A DNA stretch of 64,000 bases from Lama glama (lineage: Eukaryota), in contig CM052816.1 of the NCBI GenBank assembly GCA_028534125.1, positions 16,246,001 through 16,310,000 of the forward strand. The letters run 5' to 3'. The notes under the pieces were generated by a model that did not search any database, was not told the origin of the DNA, and worked only from the letters and a program-made list of their open reading frames with translations. Positions 1 through 12,670 of this stretch are shown here, piece by piece. The translations under genes were made by a program, and so were the position numbers. Positions within the stretch are counted from its first letter, which is position 1; each line of letters starts with the position of its first letter.

Positions 1-879
1 TCCCAGCTCAGGGAAGTTTCTGCTCTCTGCCTGCAGATTAGGATATGGTCAGGCTTGTACTTCAGAGAGCAGAGCTTGGAGCCCCCCGTTAGGAAACTGA
101 TGGGTCTTTTCTATGATCTTCTCTGAGAAAGATGAAAATCAGACATAGCTATGCCCAGAGCAACTGTGTTTTTCCATCGCTGCCTATTCCTTGCTTGTGA
201 GAGTCTGAGTGGAGTATATCCCAGTTTAGGGGCTGGCAGGTCCCTGGCAGAAGCCTGCTGGGATGGCCAGATGGGGCTAAAGAAAATTTGAGGGATCAGA
301 GGGCTCTGGAAAGCATCTAGGGAATCCCAAAGGCTCAAAATTGAATTTTTTTCTCTCCAGTGACCCAGATGAAGAGCTATACCCCGGAGCTTCCTCCCAG
401 CAACACACCCGCAGGGCTCAATCCTGCAGGCCTTCTATTTGTGCCTCAGTTTCCTTCCCTCTCCCTGTAATTCTGACTCCTCCTCTCCCTTCTCTGTGTT
501 CCACTTTTTCTCTCCTTCCTTTTTCCTCTGTCACCTCTGTGCATTTATGTCTTTACCTCTGTGGATCGCTTTCTTTCTCTGCTCTAAGACAGATATCCTG
601 GCAAAGTGCTTGTGGGCTCTGGGCTGCAACACCATTTCCTGTCTTTGGAGGCTTGGACCCTCTCCACTTGCCCCCCCCCCCGCCTTTCTGCTGCTGTTTG
701 ATGACTAGTCCCAACGAAACCTAGACAAAGCAAGGTCCAGAGGTCACCAAGAGAATATACTCTGCTCCCTCAAAGCCTGTGTTCCTTGCTTTGTAGCTCT
801 GAACAGGAAAGCCCTCAGGGGCTTCCCATTAGACTGAGATCCACTGAACCTCCTGTTCACTAGTCACCCAAATATGCCA

Positions 880-1900
880 CTAGAATGTGAACTTGAGGGC
901 AGGGCCCTGTCTACCTTGTTCACTGCTGCTGTATCTACAGTATTTAGTACATAGTAGATAATAACTATTTTTTAAAATAATGAGAAGATGGATGAAAGGA
1001 TGAATGCTGAGCTCTGTATTAGGCACTGGAGTACAGACATTGAAGATACCATCCCAGTCCATAAAAAGAGGAACACACAGAGAAGAAATAATCCAGAATA
1101 GTAACTATGAGGATGGAGGTGGTAGAAGCAGCAGTGGGTGTCTGAGTCTGTAATGTGAAGACAGAGAAGGCTTTGTTCACTCACTACTCCAACAGTTGTT
1201 CATGTAGAGCCTACCAGTACTGGGGTCTGAGTTATAGCAGGGAATAAGGTAGGCTCCCAGTTGGGTGTGGGAAACCTATGAATAAATAAATAGTTAGTAA
1301 CAAACAGGATAAGTGCCATCCTAGGGGAAACAAAGGACACTGGGGGCAGAAATCAGAGGCAGGTTATCTAGTCTACGGTGTTCTGGAGGGCTCAGTGGTA
1401 AAGGGAGTTTGGGCTGAGACCTGCCTGAAGGGCTAGTAGAAGTCAGCTGGGGAAGGAGGAGGGGAAAGAGAGTCTTGGGATAAGGGAACATCATGTAGGG
1501 TCAAAATACAACAGGCACATTTCAAGGAACTGAGTAAATATGTCAGGAAATCTGGCTGGAGCACTAGTATGGTGGTTGGCATGCCTGAAAGACACAGTTC
1601 AAAAGAAGTGGATGGGAGTGGGGTGGAAGAGCTTAAAGCCAGGTGAAGGAGTTATGGCTTTACCTTGAGGGCAGGAGAAACCTTAAGAAGGGAGGTGATA
1701 AGATCAAGTTTGAATTTTAGAAAGATTGCTCTGGGTGCAGGGTGGGAAATGGAACTTGTAGGGCCAGAGTAGCATCCTAGAGACCAGTGAGGGACTAGTC
1801 CAGGCAAGAAATGATGACCTACATGATGATGATATCAGTGGGAATAAAGGTCATGTTGGAGTCAAGACAGGATAATTAAGAGTCTTCCTGGTGAAAAACT
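880..1900. mobile_element. Degraded L2 LINE fragments (both orientations)
   Basis: L2 3'-end text 'ctagaatgtgaacttgagggcagggccctgtc...gtacatagtag' followed by purine-rich antisense L2 body ('gaaagattgctctgg', 'gagaccagtgagg'). Recalled consensus, approximate bounds. Confidence 0.7.
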
Positions 1901-2009
1901 TGGGGTAGAGGGGATGCTGGCATTCCAGAGAGAGAAAATTCATGTGTAAAAATTTCAGGAACTTGGCATGTTCTGAGAAGTTTGTGTGGTTATGTAGTTT
2001 TAGCTTTTA

Positions 2010-2157
2010 AAAACTTATTTATTTTTTAAATTAATTTTCTAGGGAAGAGGTAATCAGGTTTATTCATCTATTTATTTTATGGAGGTACTGGGGCTTGAAC
2101 CTAGGACCTTATGCATGCTAGGCATGCAGTCTACCACTGAACTATACCCTCCCCCCC
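2010..2157 (-). mobile_element. tRNA-Ala-derived SINE (camelid Vic-1 type)
   Basis: Reverse complement reads GGGGGAGGGTATAGTTCAGTGGTAGACTGCATGCCTAGCATGCATAAGGTCCTAGGTTCAAGCCCCAGTACCTCCA plus an A-rich tail, i.e. a diverged tRNA-Ala(AGC) head. Flanked by tgta(g/t)ttttagcttt on both sides. Confidence 0.85.
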
Positions 2158-2669
2158 TGTATTTTTAGCTTTGAGAGGGCCTAGGCATAAGGAATTGAGG
2201 TAGAGAGGAATTAACTTTTGCTGGAAAACCTTCGAAGCCCAGGGTGAGAACAGACCCCGTTTTGTTAGAGTTGGGGGAGAAGAGGGAAGGTATGGCCTCC
2301 AGATACTTGAATTATCTGGAAGACTTCCTTAGGTCTTGGTCCATTCAGGCATTTTTAGAACAAACACATCACCCAGAACCTTGAAAGACAAGGACAAGCA
2401 GTATCCAAAGAGGTGAAGGAGGATGTAGGAACTGGAGGAAGAAAGTGGACCAACACAGGGAGTCAGAAGAATGGAAAGAGACTTCCTGCCAAGCACAGCA
2501 GGATGAGCAAGGCTGGGTAAGATAGGTCCCATAAGAACCTGGAAATCTCTCTTCCAGAATTGCCCAGTCCCTGGATTTTTCCTGTTCTGTCTCTAGACCT
2601 CGAAGCATCTCCATTTTTTTCCCCAAAGAAGAGATTTGGAAAAGGGCAGAGAGCATGGGCCAATTGCCA

Positions 2670-2860
2670 TAATGCTTAAGAAGTTGGGCTCTGCTTTTTC
2701 CTTGTTTTGCAACTTTGGGCAAATCACTTACTGGAGCCATTTTCCTCACCTGTGAAGTAGGGACAATAATAATACCTACTTCATCAGTGCTGAAAGGTTG
2801 TAATGTGAACAGAAAGCTTACATAGTGAGGGTTCTCAATAAATTTTTGGTGTTATTAAGA
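2670..2860 (+). mobile_element. MIR SINE
   Basis: MIR core 'ctttgggcaaatcacttac...ttttcctcacctgtgaagtagggacaataataatacctacttca'. Confidence 0.75.
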
Positions 2861-4419
2861 TTTTGATATGAGCCAAATGGAATGGGGGAGTAGGGTGAGG
2901 ATCAGAGAGGGGGACAGAAAGAGATACAACCGGATGTAAGTGAGGAGGGCTGAGCAGAAGGAGAATAAGTTCCAGCCTGTGCATCCATGGCCTATGAGAC
3001 AAAATTCTCCATCAGTGCTGGTTCCTACCTACCTGTTCTGCCTCATCCACTGCTCCCAACCTCACTTTACAGATCAAACATAACACACACACCACCTGTG
3101 ATTCCCAGCACATACCCAGTTCTTCAAGACTTTACATGAGCTACAATTTTGGAGAGAAAATGGGTCCTCAAACTTGTCTTCATACCAAATATAAGGAAGC
3201 GTTCAGAAACCTGGAATAGATGTTGGGAAGGGACTTAGGGTGAGTCTACTGGGGGAGAGGTATGGAGGACTAAAGGAGGGAGAAGCAGGGGAAAGATGGT
3301 ATGGCTCAAATAAATGACATTTGATAGAATATTTATATGAGACAGGCAGGCAGGCCAGTACGCATGCTTCTCTAGGTAGTGAGGCAAAGACTGGAAGAGA
3401 AGAGGGAAAAGGGAAAGGTTTAGGAGAGTCCCAGCATGTACCTGGTTGTCCCCACTCTCCCTTTTTTCTTTTTCCTTCTTTTAGGGTTCAAGTTCCCTGG
3501 GAGGGAATTGCAAGCCTGAGAGTGTTCCCTGGGACTTGTTTCTGTTAGGAGCTAAGGCTCTAGGACACAAAGGTCCCATTTCTATTCAATGTGGAAAGTG
3601 CCTTATAAAGACTGTGCAAGGGGCTATGGGAATCTAGAGGCACAAGTAGCTAACTCAGCCTGGGACCTTGGGAAGGATTCGAAGAGGAAGGGAGCTGAGC
3701 CTCCAGGCAAAGGAATGGATTATCAAATGCAAGAAAGTTTCCAGGCAGTGAGCACAAGATGAAGGGAGGCAGGACCTGCCTGGTCCCTCTGAAGGTGGAA
3801 TGTATTCTTCACCCCTCTCCTTTCCTCCATCCAGAATTGAGCTCTTGTGCCTCCTTCTCCCAGCCCACCCTTAGAATCATTAGTTATTAGAGCTTAAAGA
3901 AATCTTGGTGACTTGTAGGTAATCCCATTCTTTTGAATTTTATAGTTGAGGAAACAAAGACCCAGAGGGAGGAAGACCTTGTCTAAGGGATCTCAGTGGA
4001 TGAGGAACTTGGACTCAGAACTCAGGGTTTCAGACTCACCTCTGCTCACATTTCCCAGGGCCACATTGTCCCCGTCTTCCACCCCTAACCCCAAGGGCTG
4101 GGTTTTTTTGTTGTTGTTGTTGTTCCAGGTGAGGGCAGGGAAGGAAATTTTTACCTAAACCTCTGTTGTCCAATAAAAATAACTACAACAACTATCCTTT
4201 ATTCACCATTTGCTGTGTGTCAGGCACAGTTCTAGGTGTTGGGGACATGAATAAAACAAAGTTTCTACTTCCATGCAGTTTACCTTCTAGTGTGGAGACA
4301 AGTTAAATAAACAAACTTGTATTGTGTCAGGTGGTAAAGGTGGTAAGTGCTATGAAGAAAATTGATGTTGGAAAGTGGGTTGAGTATGACTATAAGGAGT
4401 CTACTTTAGATATGGGCAT

Positions 4420-5320
4420 GTGTTAATTATCTGTTATTGCATAACGAATTGCCCTAAAACTTAGAGGCATAAAACAACAGTAAACATGTATTCTCTCTCA
4501 CAGTTTAGGAAGGTCCAGAATTTGGGAGTGGCTTAGTCGGGTGGTTTTGGCTCAGGGTCTCTCTTGAAGTTGCAGTCAAGTTGTCAGGGCTGCAGCTATC
4601 TGAAGCCTTCACTAGGGCTGAAGGATCTTCTAAGATGGCTTGCTCACATGGCTGTTTGCTGGAGGCCTCAGTTACTCAGTATGTCACTCTTACTGTTTGA
4701 GTAGCCCCATGATATGGCAGTGTGTGATCCACGAAAGAGAGCAAGGAGGAAGTCACTTTTTACGCTGCAATAATTTTACATGTACAGAAAAGTTGCAAAG
4801 ACAGTGCAGAGAGTTCCCATATACACTTTATCCAGTTTCCTCTAATGTTAACATCTTATATAACCACGGTACATTTGTCAAAACTGGTACACTACTATTA
4901 TCTAAACTATAGACTTTATTCAGATTTCACCAGTTTTTCTGTCAATGTCCTTTTTTTGTTCGAGGATCCAATCCAGGATGACATATTTCATTTAGTCATC
5001 ATGTTTCCTTAGTCTCCTTTGATCAGTGACAGTTTCTCAGTCTTTCTTTGTTTTTCATGACTTTGACAATTTTGTAGAGTACTTAAGTGGTTTGTGGAAT
5101 GTCCCTCAATTTGAGTTTGTCTGATGTTTTCTCCTGATCAAACTAGGGTAATCACAGTGCCTTTTATGACCTTGTCTTGGCAGTTACACACTGTTTTTAA
5201 GCCATACTGAATTATTTAGAAAATAGTCAGGCCAACATTCAAGGGGAGGAGAATTGAGTTCTGCTTCTTGAAGGGAAGAATGTGGAAGAATTTGTAGGCA
5301 TATTTTAAAATTACCACAGC
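4420..5320 (-). mobile_element. MaLR MLT1-type LTR interrupted by an old L1M 3' fragment (~4760-5150)
   Basis: MLT1 text 'gcataacgaattgccctaaaacttag...tctcacagttt' resumes at ~5150 ('gccttttatgacc...caaggggaggagaattgag'). The insert 'acagaaaagttgcaaagacagtgcagagagttccc' is L1MC/MD-like 3' UTR. Confidence 0.7.
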
Positions 5321-5810
5321 GGAGTCAGGGAAGGTCTCCCTTCCCTGATAAAGTTATACCTGAGTAAAGACTTGAAATAAGCAAGGGAGCAAGCCATGGA
5401 GATATTAGGATAAAGCCTCTGGACACAGAGGATAGCCAGTGCAAAGAGTCTGAGGCAGAAGTATGTGCAGCAATGTTTGAGGAATGTCAGGAAGCTGGTA
5501 TGGCTCACCAGAGAGAGCAAACAGGAGAGTGGTAGGGCATGAGGTTGTAAAATTTGTGGCCTGGGGATTAGGGAGGTGATATATGATATAGGACCTTGTA
5601 GAGCATAGTAAGGATTTTGGACTTTATGCTGAATGAAATGGGGAGCCATTGAAGGGTTTCTGAGAAGAGTAAACATGATTTTAAAACACTTACCCTGGCA
5701 GCTATGTGAATAGACTGTTCGTGGCAAAGGCAGAAGGTGGGTGTCAGATGAGGAAGAACTCAGTGCTCTTCCAGAAGGAGGCACTTTCCATAGTCCAGGT
5801 GAGAGATAAT
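5320..5810 (-). mobile_element. L2 fragment
   Basis: 'gtcagggaaggtctccc...gccagtgcaaagagtctgaggcag...gggagccattgaagggtttc...gtccaggtgagagataatg' is typical antisense L2. Confidence 0.75.
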
Positions 5811-8800
5811 GCTTATTATCTCATTTAATCCCTAAGTCAAGGGTCATTATGAGGTTTAAATCAGGTAACAAATTTAGGGTACTTAGCACACAGTAGGTGC
5901 TAAGCACAACAAAGTCTCAAGGAATAGCAGCGTCTAGAAGAAGTAAATGAGTATCTATGGTTCCAAACAATGTCCTTCTTTTGTGCCCAGCATATAGGCT
6001 GTCTCTAGGGATGCAAAGAATTAAAAACAGAGTTCTTAACTTTGAGGAGCTCAGAGTTCTGTGAGTTGGACATTCCTGCAAGAAATAATCCCAACTCAAC
6101 TATTCGAGTATTACAATTGACTTGGCACAGGGGGCTCTGGTTGTCCTGGGAACAATGCTTGATTTGGGGAAAGTACAAAAGGACTCTTCTGACACACAAC
6201 TTCTGCCCTTGTCACCTACAGTCTACTCTATCAGGGCTGTCTGAATCTCGAGGCCCACACTCCCAACCACCCTGATATACTGCCAGCCATGTTTGGTGAC
6301 ATGGTTTTCCTATACTTAACCCATCGCCTTGCCAGTTATATCCTCAGCAGACCCTGCTTTGCAATGGACTGAGAGTTTTCATAACCCTAAAGAGAGAGGG
6401 AAAAGCCAGGCTTATTATCCTCTGATTTATATTTACTGCAAATAGCATACAAATAACACATTGAGTGGGAGAGGAAGTAACTCTCTGTTGGCTATGGGGC
6501 TCCCGTGGTTAAGGCTTTGGTGAGGTTACTCTGGATGAGGGTGTGGGAAGGTCAGTGTTGTGGTCCTGAGACCCCTCCCCTACAGACCACCAGCACTGGT
6601 TCAAAATCCCCTGCAAAAAACTCTGTCCTTTTATAGGTGGAGAAAAGCACCTGCTGTAGGGAGAAGGCGTTGACACAAGAAAACTTCCTCTTGGCCTCTG
6701 AAATCACCAATAGCAACTCAGTATTGAACTTTCTCTTAAAGAGAATCAAAGAAGCAGGGAAGCATAAGGAACAAGAATGAGGGTGAGACAGAGATACTGA
6801 GGAGGATATAATTAGAGGATGCAGAATTAGTAATGGGACAGGAAGGGGCAGAACATCTGAGGGAAGTTAAAAAAAAAAAAGAAGCAAGCTGGAGAGTAGG
6901 GAGGAGATCACACACTTCTTCCTCACTAAAGAAACGTCAGCTGGTAACAGTCCCCTGTGTCTGCAGTGACAGAGCAGCTCCAGCACCTGCCCTCAGATTC
7001 CCCCTCGTCGTCATCCTGCGTGGGAGACAGGGTGGCGTTCACTCCTCAGGGTCTTATCCCTTTGTTCCTTCATTCCTTCAACAAATAGTCGATAAGAACC
7101 TACTCTGGGTCGGAAACTGCTCAAGATGCTTGGACTATAGCTGTGAACAAGGCAATAAGCACACAAGTGAGTTAATAATTTCATCGTAGATAGTGGTAAA
7201 TGCTGTGAAGAAAATGAAACCAGGTTACAGGATGGGGTGTGTTGGGGAGGGTGTTGTCATCGGTGCAATGGGGATAATAACAGGACCGTTCTCGCTGGGT
7301 TGCTGTGAGGATTATAGGAATTACACATGCAAGCACTTAGCACAGAGCCTGGCACAGAGTGAGCTCTCGTCCATCTTATGCTAGTGTGGGCAGGGTCTGT
7401 TCTCAGAGGAGATTTTGTTACGTTTATTGGATTGTGCTCTCTTTGAAGGAAAGGGCTATTAATCTCTCTTGTTTCCTGTTGCATGGACAATGCCATAGCA
7501 CAATGCCTGGCGTACAGTCAGAATATACTTGTTGGATAGAAGAATAAATTCCCACTTTACCAATGGAGAAACCAAAGCTGAGAGTTTAGGGGATTAAAAT
7601 TATCCAGCTAAATTAGTAGCAGAGGAGGAACCGAAATCCAAGCCTCTAGATCGGAAAAACTTCAGGCCCAAGGATTCTTAGAGCTCAGTGCTGATGCCCC
7701 TTGAGCCCGCCTGTTTTCTGGATATGGGCAGATGGAGAGTGGTGGGACGTGATGGGAAAAGATCCAGAGAGGTCTTTAATAACACCTTAGGTGGATAAAA
7801 GGGGCCCTGTGCCTTGTGACTCTCCTTAGTCTCCCAGCCTCTCCTGACCGACCAGCTACGGAGCTGAGGGCCTGGCACTCACCCAAAACACCTTTGACTC
7901 TTTCTCACTCCCACTTCTGTGGGCTGCTCCTCAGCAGCCAGCCACACTTGGCGCAGAATCATTCCATCCCTTTCTCCACTAAACCCTTGACTGCTGAGAT
8001 GGCTGTCCTTCTTTCCTTCCTTGCCTCCTCTTTCCTCCTAAAGCTCTCTCTTTCTCTCTGTCTCTTTCCCTCTCATTCATTCCTCTTTTCAGATCTCTGA
8101 CTTTCTTCCCTCCCTTTCCCCTTTTCCCTCCTTTCCCCTCCTTTCCTTCCTCCCTTTATAAAGCAATAGCCTTACTTTTTCCTCCCTAAACTAAAGGGCA
8201 ATAATGTAGTAAAACAAATCGCTGTCAGCAAAGTACATTTCCACTGTATTCAGACTCATGCAGAGAAGATTTATCAGGGTCTCTCACCCTGCACTGTTAT
8301 GTAAATGTGGTGAGCTAGTGGAAATATGATATTTGAGGAGCCTGAGAACAAAGTCACCATAAAAACTATCAATTACCTACTGGGGCTTGAATTTGGTTAA
8401 CTCACTCACTGCCTTGCCTGCCTCCTGCTTTTCCTCCTCTGGGGGGGAAAACTTTATGACAGGTGGTGACAGCTTATAAAAGATGCTTTCTGCCTCTTTG
8501 GGTCCTTGGAGGTCATCTGGAGAGTCAAATGTTTGTGAAGTGCCTGAGAAATTATAAAGTGTGACATAATTCAAGAGTATTATTATTTCTGTTGTCATGT
8601 GGGTCACCTCTGTGCCTCTTCAGGGTTACAGGTGTCTGTTCTGCCTGCAAGCCTGGGTTATGTTGGGTGTCTGTCACCTCTTTTTGCTGGCCTGCACCTA
8701 TAAGCAATGTTTCTTCTTTTCCTGGGCACCCCAGAAGCACATTAATGTTTGTTTGTTCTTGAGATTTAATAGGAAGATAGGCTCCTGAGGGGGATAAGAA

Positions 8801-10532
8801 CCCTTGGAGTCGCCCTCCATGTTCCCACCCCTCAGGAATGGGGAAGGAGCAGGTCCATAGAGGCAAGAGGGATAGGAGGGAGGCTAGGGTCAAAGTTCTC
8901 AGCCCCAGGCAGACTTCAGGGCAGTTGTACTGAGGGCCTCAGGATTGCATATACTGTTCTACATTACTCAGAGGCTGTGCTTGAGGAGGAGGTCAGCTGT
9001 CCTCTGTCCCCAAAATAGGCAGAAAAGCCTGGTGGTTAAGAGCCCAAGATCTGAGTTTTGGGGTTGAGCCCCAGTCTGCTACTTTCCAAATTGATTCCCC
9101 TTTTCTTTTCTCATTTCCAAAATGGCAGTGATATTAGTATCTCCCTCATAGAACTATTGTGGGGAATAAATGAGAAAACTTGTGAAGCCCTTAGCATGTA
9201 ATAAAATTTTTTTTTTGTTTTACACATTGCTCAGAATGCTTTCTACATCATGGGCAATGCTTCTAAAAGGCCTGGCCACGGGGATACAGAACTTACCTGG
9301 ATACCTCCCCCAGGAAAAGACCCCAGGTCTGGGTTGTGCCTGCTTCCCTAGAGATCAGGCTGTTTCAACCCAGCAGCCCCTGGGGGCCAGAGTTGAGGGT
9401 CCGGAGGCAATGGAAAGGCAACAAGAGTTTGGGGGATGGTGGGTGTGTCTTACATAGAAATGTCTAGAGTCAGAGCTAGAAGTAGAGGAGGTGGCGGGGG
9501 TAGGGGGAGGAGGGAAGAAGATAGGATGTCTCTAAGCTGCCAGCATCCGGATGGGGCTGCAGCTCTAGGGCTCTGGCACTTCCTGCCACCCCCAGTCTTG
9601 GTGATGAGTCACTAGAGGGAGGAGTGATTGAGGCATCATGCTCTGCCCACAGAGCATCGGCTGTTCCCCAAAAGAGGACTGGTGGGAGGGAGAATGAGAT
9701 CCAGAGGCTTAGGGGCTGAGAGGAGCTGGGAAGGAACAAGGGGAGAGAGGAGGAGCTCCCGAGGCTCACCTTACCTCTTGCAAGTCCAGGGAGGTAGGCG
9801 CCATCCTCCATCTCTTGTGCCAGCTTCACTGCCCATCCTGGCCACAAATAATCAATCCATAATTGCTCTTTTAACTTCTGCCTCTGCCTGTGTTGGTTTG
9901 GCTCTATCCAATCTTCTCCACCAGGGTGGGAGGGGGCAGTACTTCCCATTGGTTAGGGCACCCACAGTGAGGGAGGGGACATCCCTTTTCCAATGGGCCA
10001 AATCTTAAAGTCTTCTCCTCTTTAGAAGCCTTTTCCTCTGCTCCTGAGCAAACTGTCCAAGACTCTGTTGTACCACTTCTTTCATTTTGTTGGTATTTTT
10101 TTTTCAGGAATGCCTGATCCCTCAGCTGTCTAGCTCTTCAAGGTCAGGGACTTCTTTATGTCCCTAGTGCCCATCCAGATGTTAGGCATAAATGTATGAA
10201 TGTAGTCTTGATCCATAAATACTATTTTTTACTCTCTCCTCTAGTTACTGCTACTTCCTGATTATTCTTTATAGTTTCCATTAACTGAACACTTCCTATG
10301 TGCCAGGTGTCTTTACATGTTAATTTATTTAATTCTCATACTGACCGAATGCTTATTTTACAGATAAGAAAACTGAGTTCAGTGAGGTTAAGTAACTGGT
10401 CCAAGGTCATAAAGTCAGCAGGTGCCAGAACTGAGGTTTGCCAGCAAAACAAACCTCTTAGTTGTAACAATATCTACAGAATTTTTAGTTAACTTTTGAC
10501 TTGCCTGCTGCTTTTCTTCATATAAATATGAA

Positions 10533-10567
<35 letters not shown>
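10533..10567. repeat. (TG)n(TA)n microsatellite at the L1 tail
   Basis: Directly visible. Confidence 0.95.
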
Positions 10568-10568
<1 letters not shown>

Positions 10569-12165
10569 AAATCTTTACTGAGGTGTAATTTACATACTAT
10601 ACAATTCACTTAAAGTGCACAATTCAATGGCGTTTAGTATATTTACAGAGTTGTGCAACCATCACCATAGTCAATCCTAGAACATTTTTGTCACTCCAAA
10701 AAAGAAACTTTATACCCATTTGAAGTCACTTCCCATTCCACATCTCCCAAAACCCTCACCCCTGCCTCTATAGATTTGCCTAATCTGGACATTTCATGTA
10801 AATGTATTCACACATTGTGTGGTCTTTTGTGAGTAGCTTCTTTCACTTAGCGTAATGTTCTCAAGGTTTATCCATGTTGTAGCATGTATCAATACTTCAT
10901 TTCTTTCCATTGCTCAATAATATGAATGGAATCAAACAATAATCTCCCATTGTATGGATATACCATAAAGTATAATATTATATTTATCCATTTATCAGTT
11001 GATGAAAATTTGGATTGCTTCCACTTTATGGCTGTTATGAGTAATGTTACCATGAACATTCATGTACAAATTTTTGTATGAACACCTGTTTTCAATTCTC
11101 TTGGGTATATGTATATCTAAGAGTAGAATTGCTGGGCCATATGGTAACTCTATGTTCAACCTTTTGAGAAATGCCAGACTGTTTTCCAAAGCAGCTGCAC
11201 CACTTTACAATCTTACCAGCAGTGTGTAAGGGTTCCAATTTTCCCACATTCTGTTCAGTACTTGTTATTATCTATCTTTTTTATTATAGCCATCCTAGTG
11301 GTTTTATGTTTCACTTCTCTGGTGACTAATGATGTTGAACATCTTTTTATATGCTTATTGGCCATTTGCATATCTTCTTTAGTGAAATGTCTATTCAGAT
11401 CCTTTGCCCGTTTTTAAATTGGGTTATTTTTCTTTTTATTATTGAATTGTGAGAGTTCTTTATATATTCTAGATTCAAGTCCCTTATCAGATTTGTGATT
11501 TGCAAGCATTCTTTCCTATTCTGTGGGTTGTCTTTTCACTTTCTTGATGGCATCTTTGAAGCACAAAAAATTTTTAATTTTGATGAAATCCACCTAGCTT
11601 TTTTTCCTGTTGCTTGTGCTTTTGTTGTCATATCTAAGAAGGCTTTGCCTAACCCAAAGTCATGAAGATTTACATTTTCTTCTGAGAGTTTTATAATTTT
11701 AGCTCTTACATTTAAGTCTATTACCCATGTTGAAATAACTTTTATATATAGTATAATGAGAAAGTCCATGTTCATTTTTTCACTTGTGGATATCCAGTTG
11801 TCCCTGCAACATTTGTTAAAAGACTATTCTTTCATTATTGAATTGTCTTCACATCTTTTTTTGAAAGTCAACTGATTATAAATGTGAGAGTTTATTCTGG
11901 AGTCTCCAGTGTGTTCCATTGATCTACATGTCTATCCTTATGCTAGTACCACATTGTCTTGATTATCATAGATTTGTAATAAGTTTTGAAATCAGGAAAT
12001 GTTAATACTCCAACTTTATTCTTCTTTTTAAAAACTCCTGTGCTCTTCTGGGTCCCTTGCACTTCCACATGATTTTTAAGACCAACATGTCATTTTCTGC
12101 AGAGAAGCCAGCTGGGATTTTGATAAGGGTTGTATTGAAACTGTAGATCAATTTGGGGAGAAAGT
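10568..12165 (-). mobile_element. Old L1 (L1MB-like) 3' portion with decayed ORF2 end
   Basis: Minus-strand ORFs 10995-11189 and 11536-11775 resemble the L1 ORF2 C-terminus (LNIELPYGPAILLL; DLNVRAKIIKLSEEN; FLDMTTKAQAT). L1MB-like 3' UTR at the left end. Confidence 0.9.
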
Positions 12166-12615
12166 CCTCCTTCTTAACTAGGTCATCATGCCATCTATCA
12201 ATCCCAGTACAAAAGGAGACAGCAGGAGCATAAAAGAGGAGGGAGAGAAAGAGAGAGAGGGAGGGAGGGAGGGAGACAGAGAGACAGAGACAGAGGGACA
12301 GAGACAGAGAGTGAAGGGGTCATCCATATGAAGCAAGTAGAAGTGAATCCAGATGTAGTGAGATCCCAGGCCAAACAAGAGGCAGAATCCTGGGAACGCT
12401 GAATTCTTCCTTGCCAGACACATCTTCATTAACCTGATTTCAGCCCATAGATTGAAGTTGCTATGGCTCCTTCCTTCCCGAGATGATTCTTTCTTTTTCC
12501 CGAGGATCTCTTCCAAATACCTGAAGGTTATGAGAATGCCTTATATGCCTTGATTTGTGGGATTTAAACATCAATTACCTAATGAGACCCTGCTGAAAAG
12601 GCCCATATCTCAATA

Positions 12616-12670
12616 ATGAAATGAAATGAAATGAAATGAAATGAAATGAAATGAAATGAAATGAAATGAA
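12616..12670. repeat. (ATGAA)11 pentanucleotide microsatellite
   Basis: Perfect tandem array, directly visible. Confidence 0.97.

Noticed and set aside
5311..5784. 157-aa minus-strand ORF
   Set aside because: Lies within decayed L2 and has no protein-like features.
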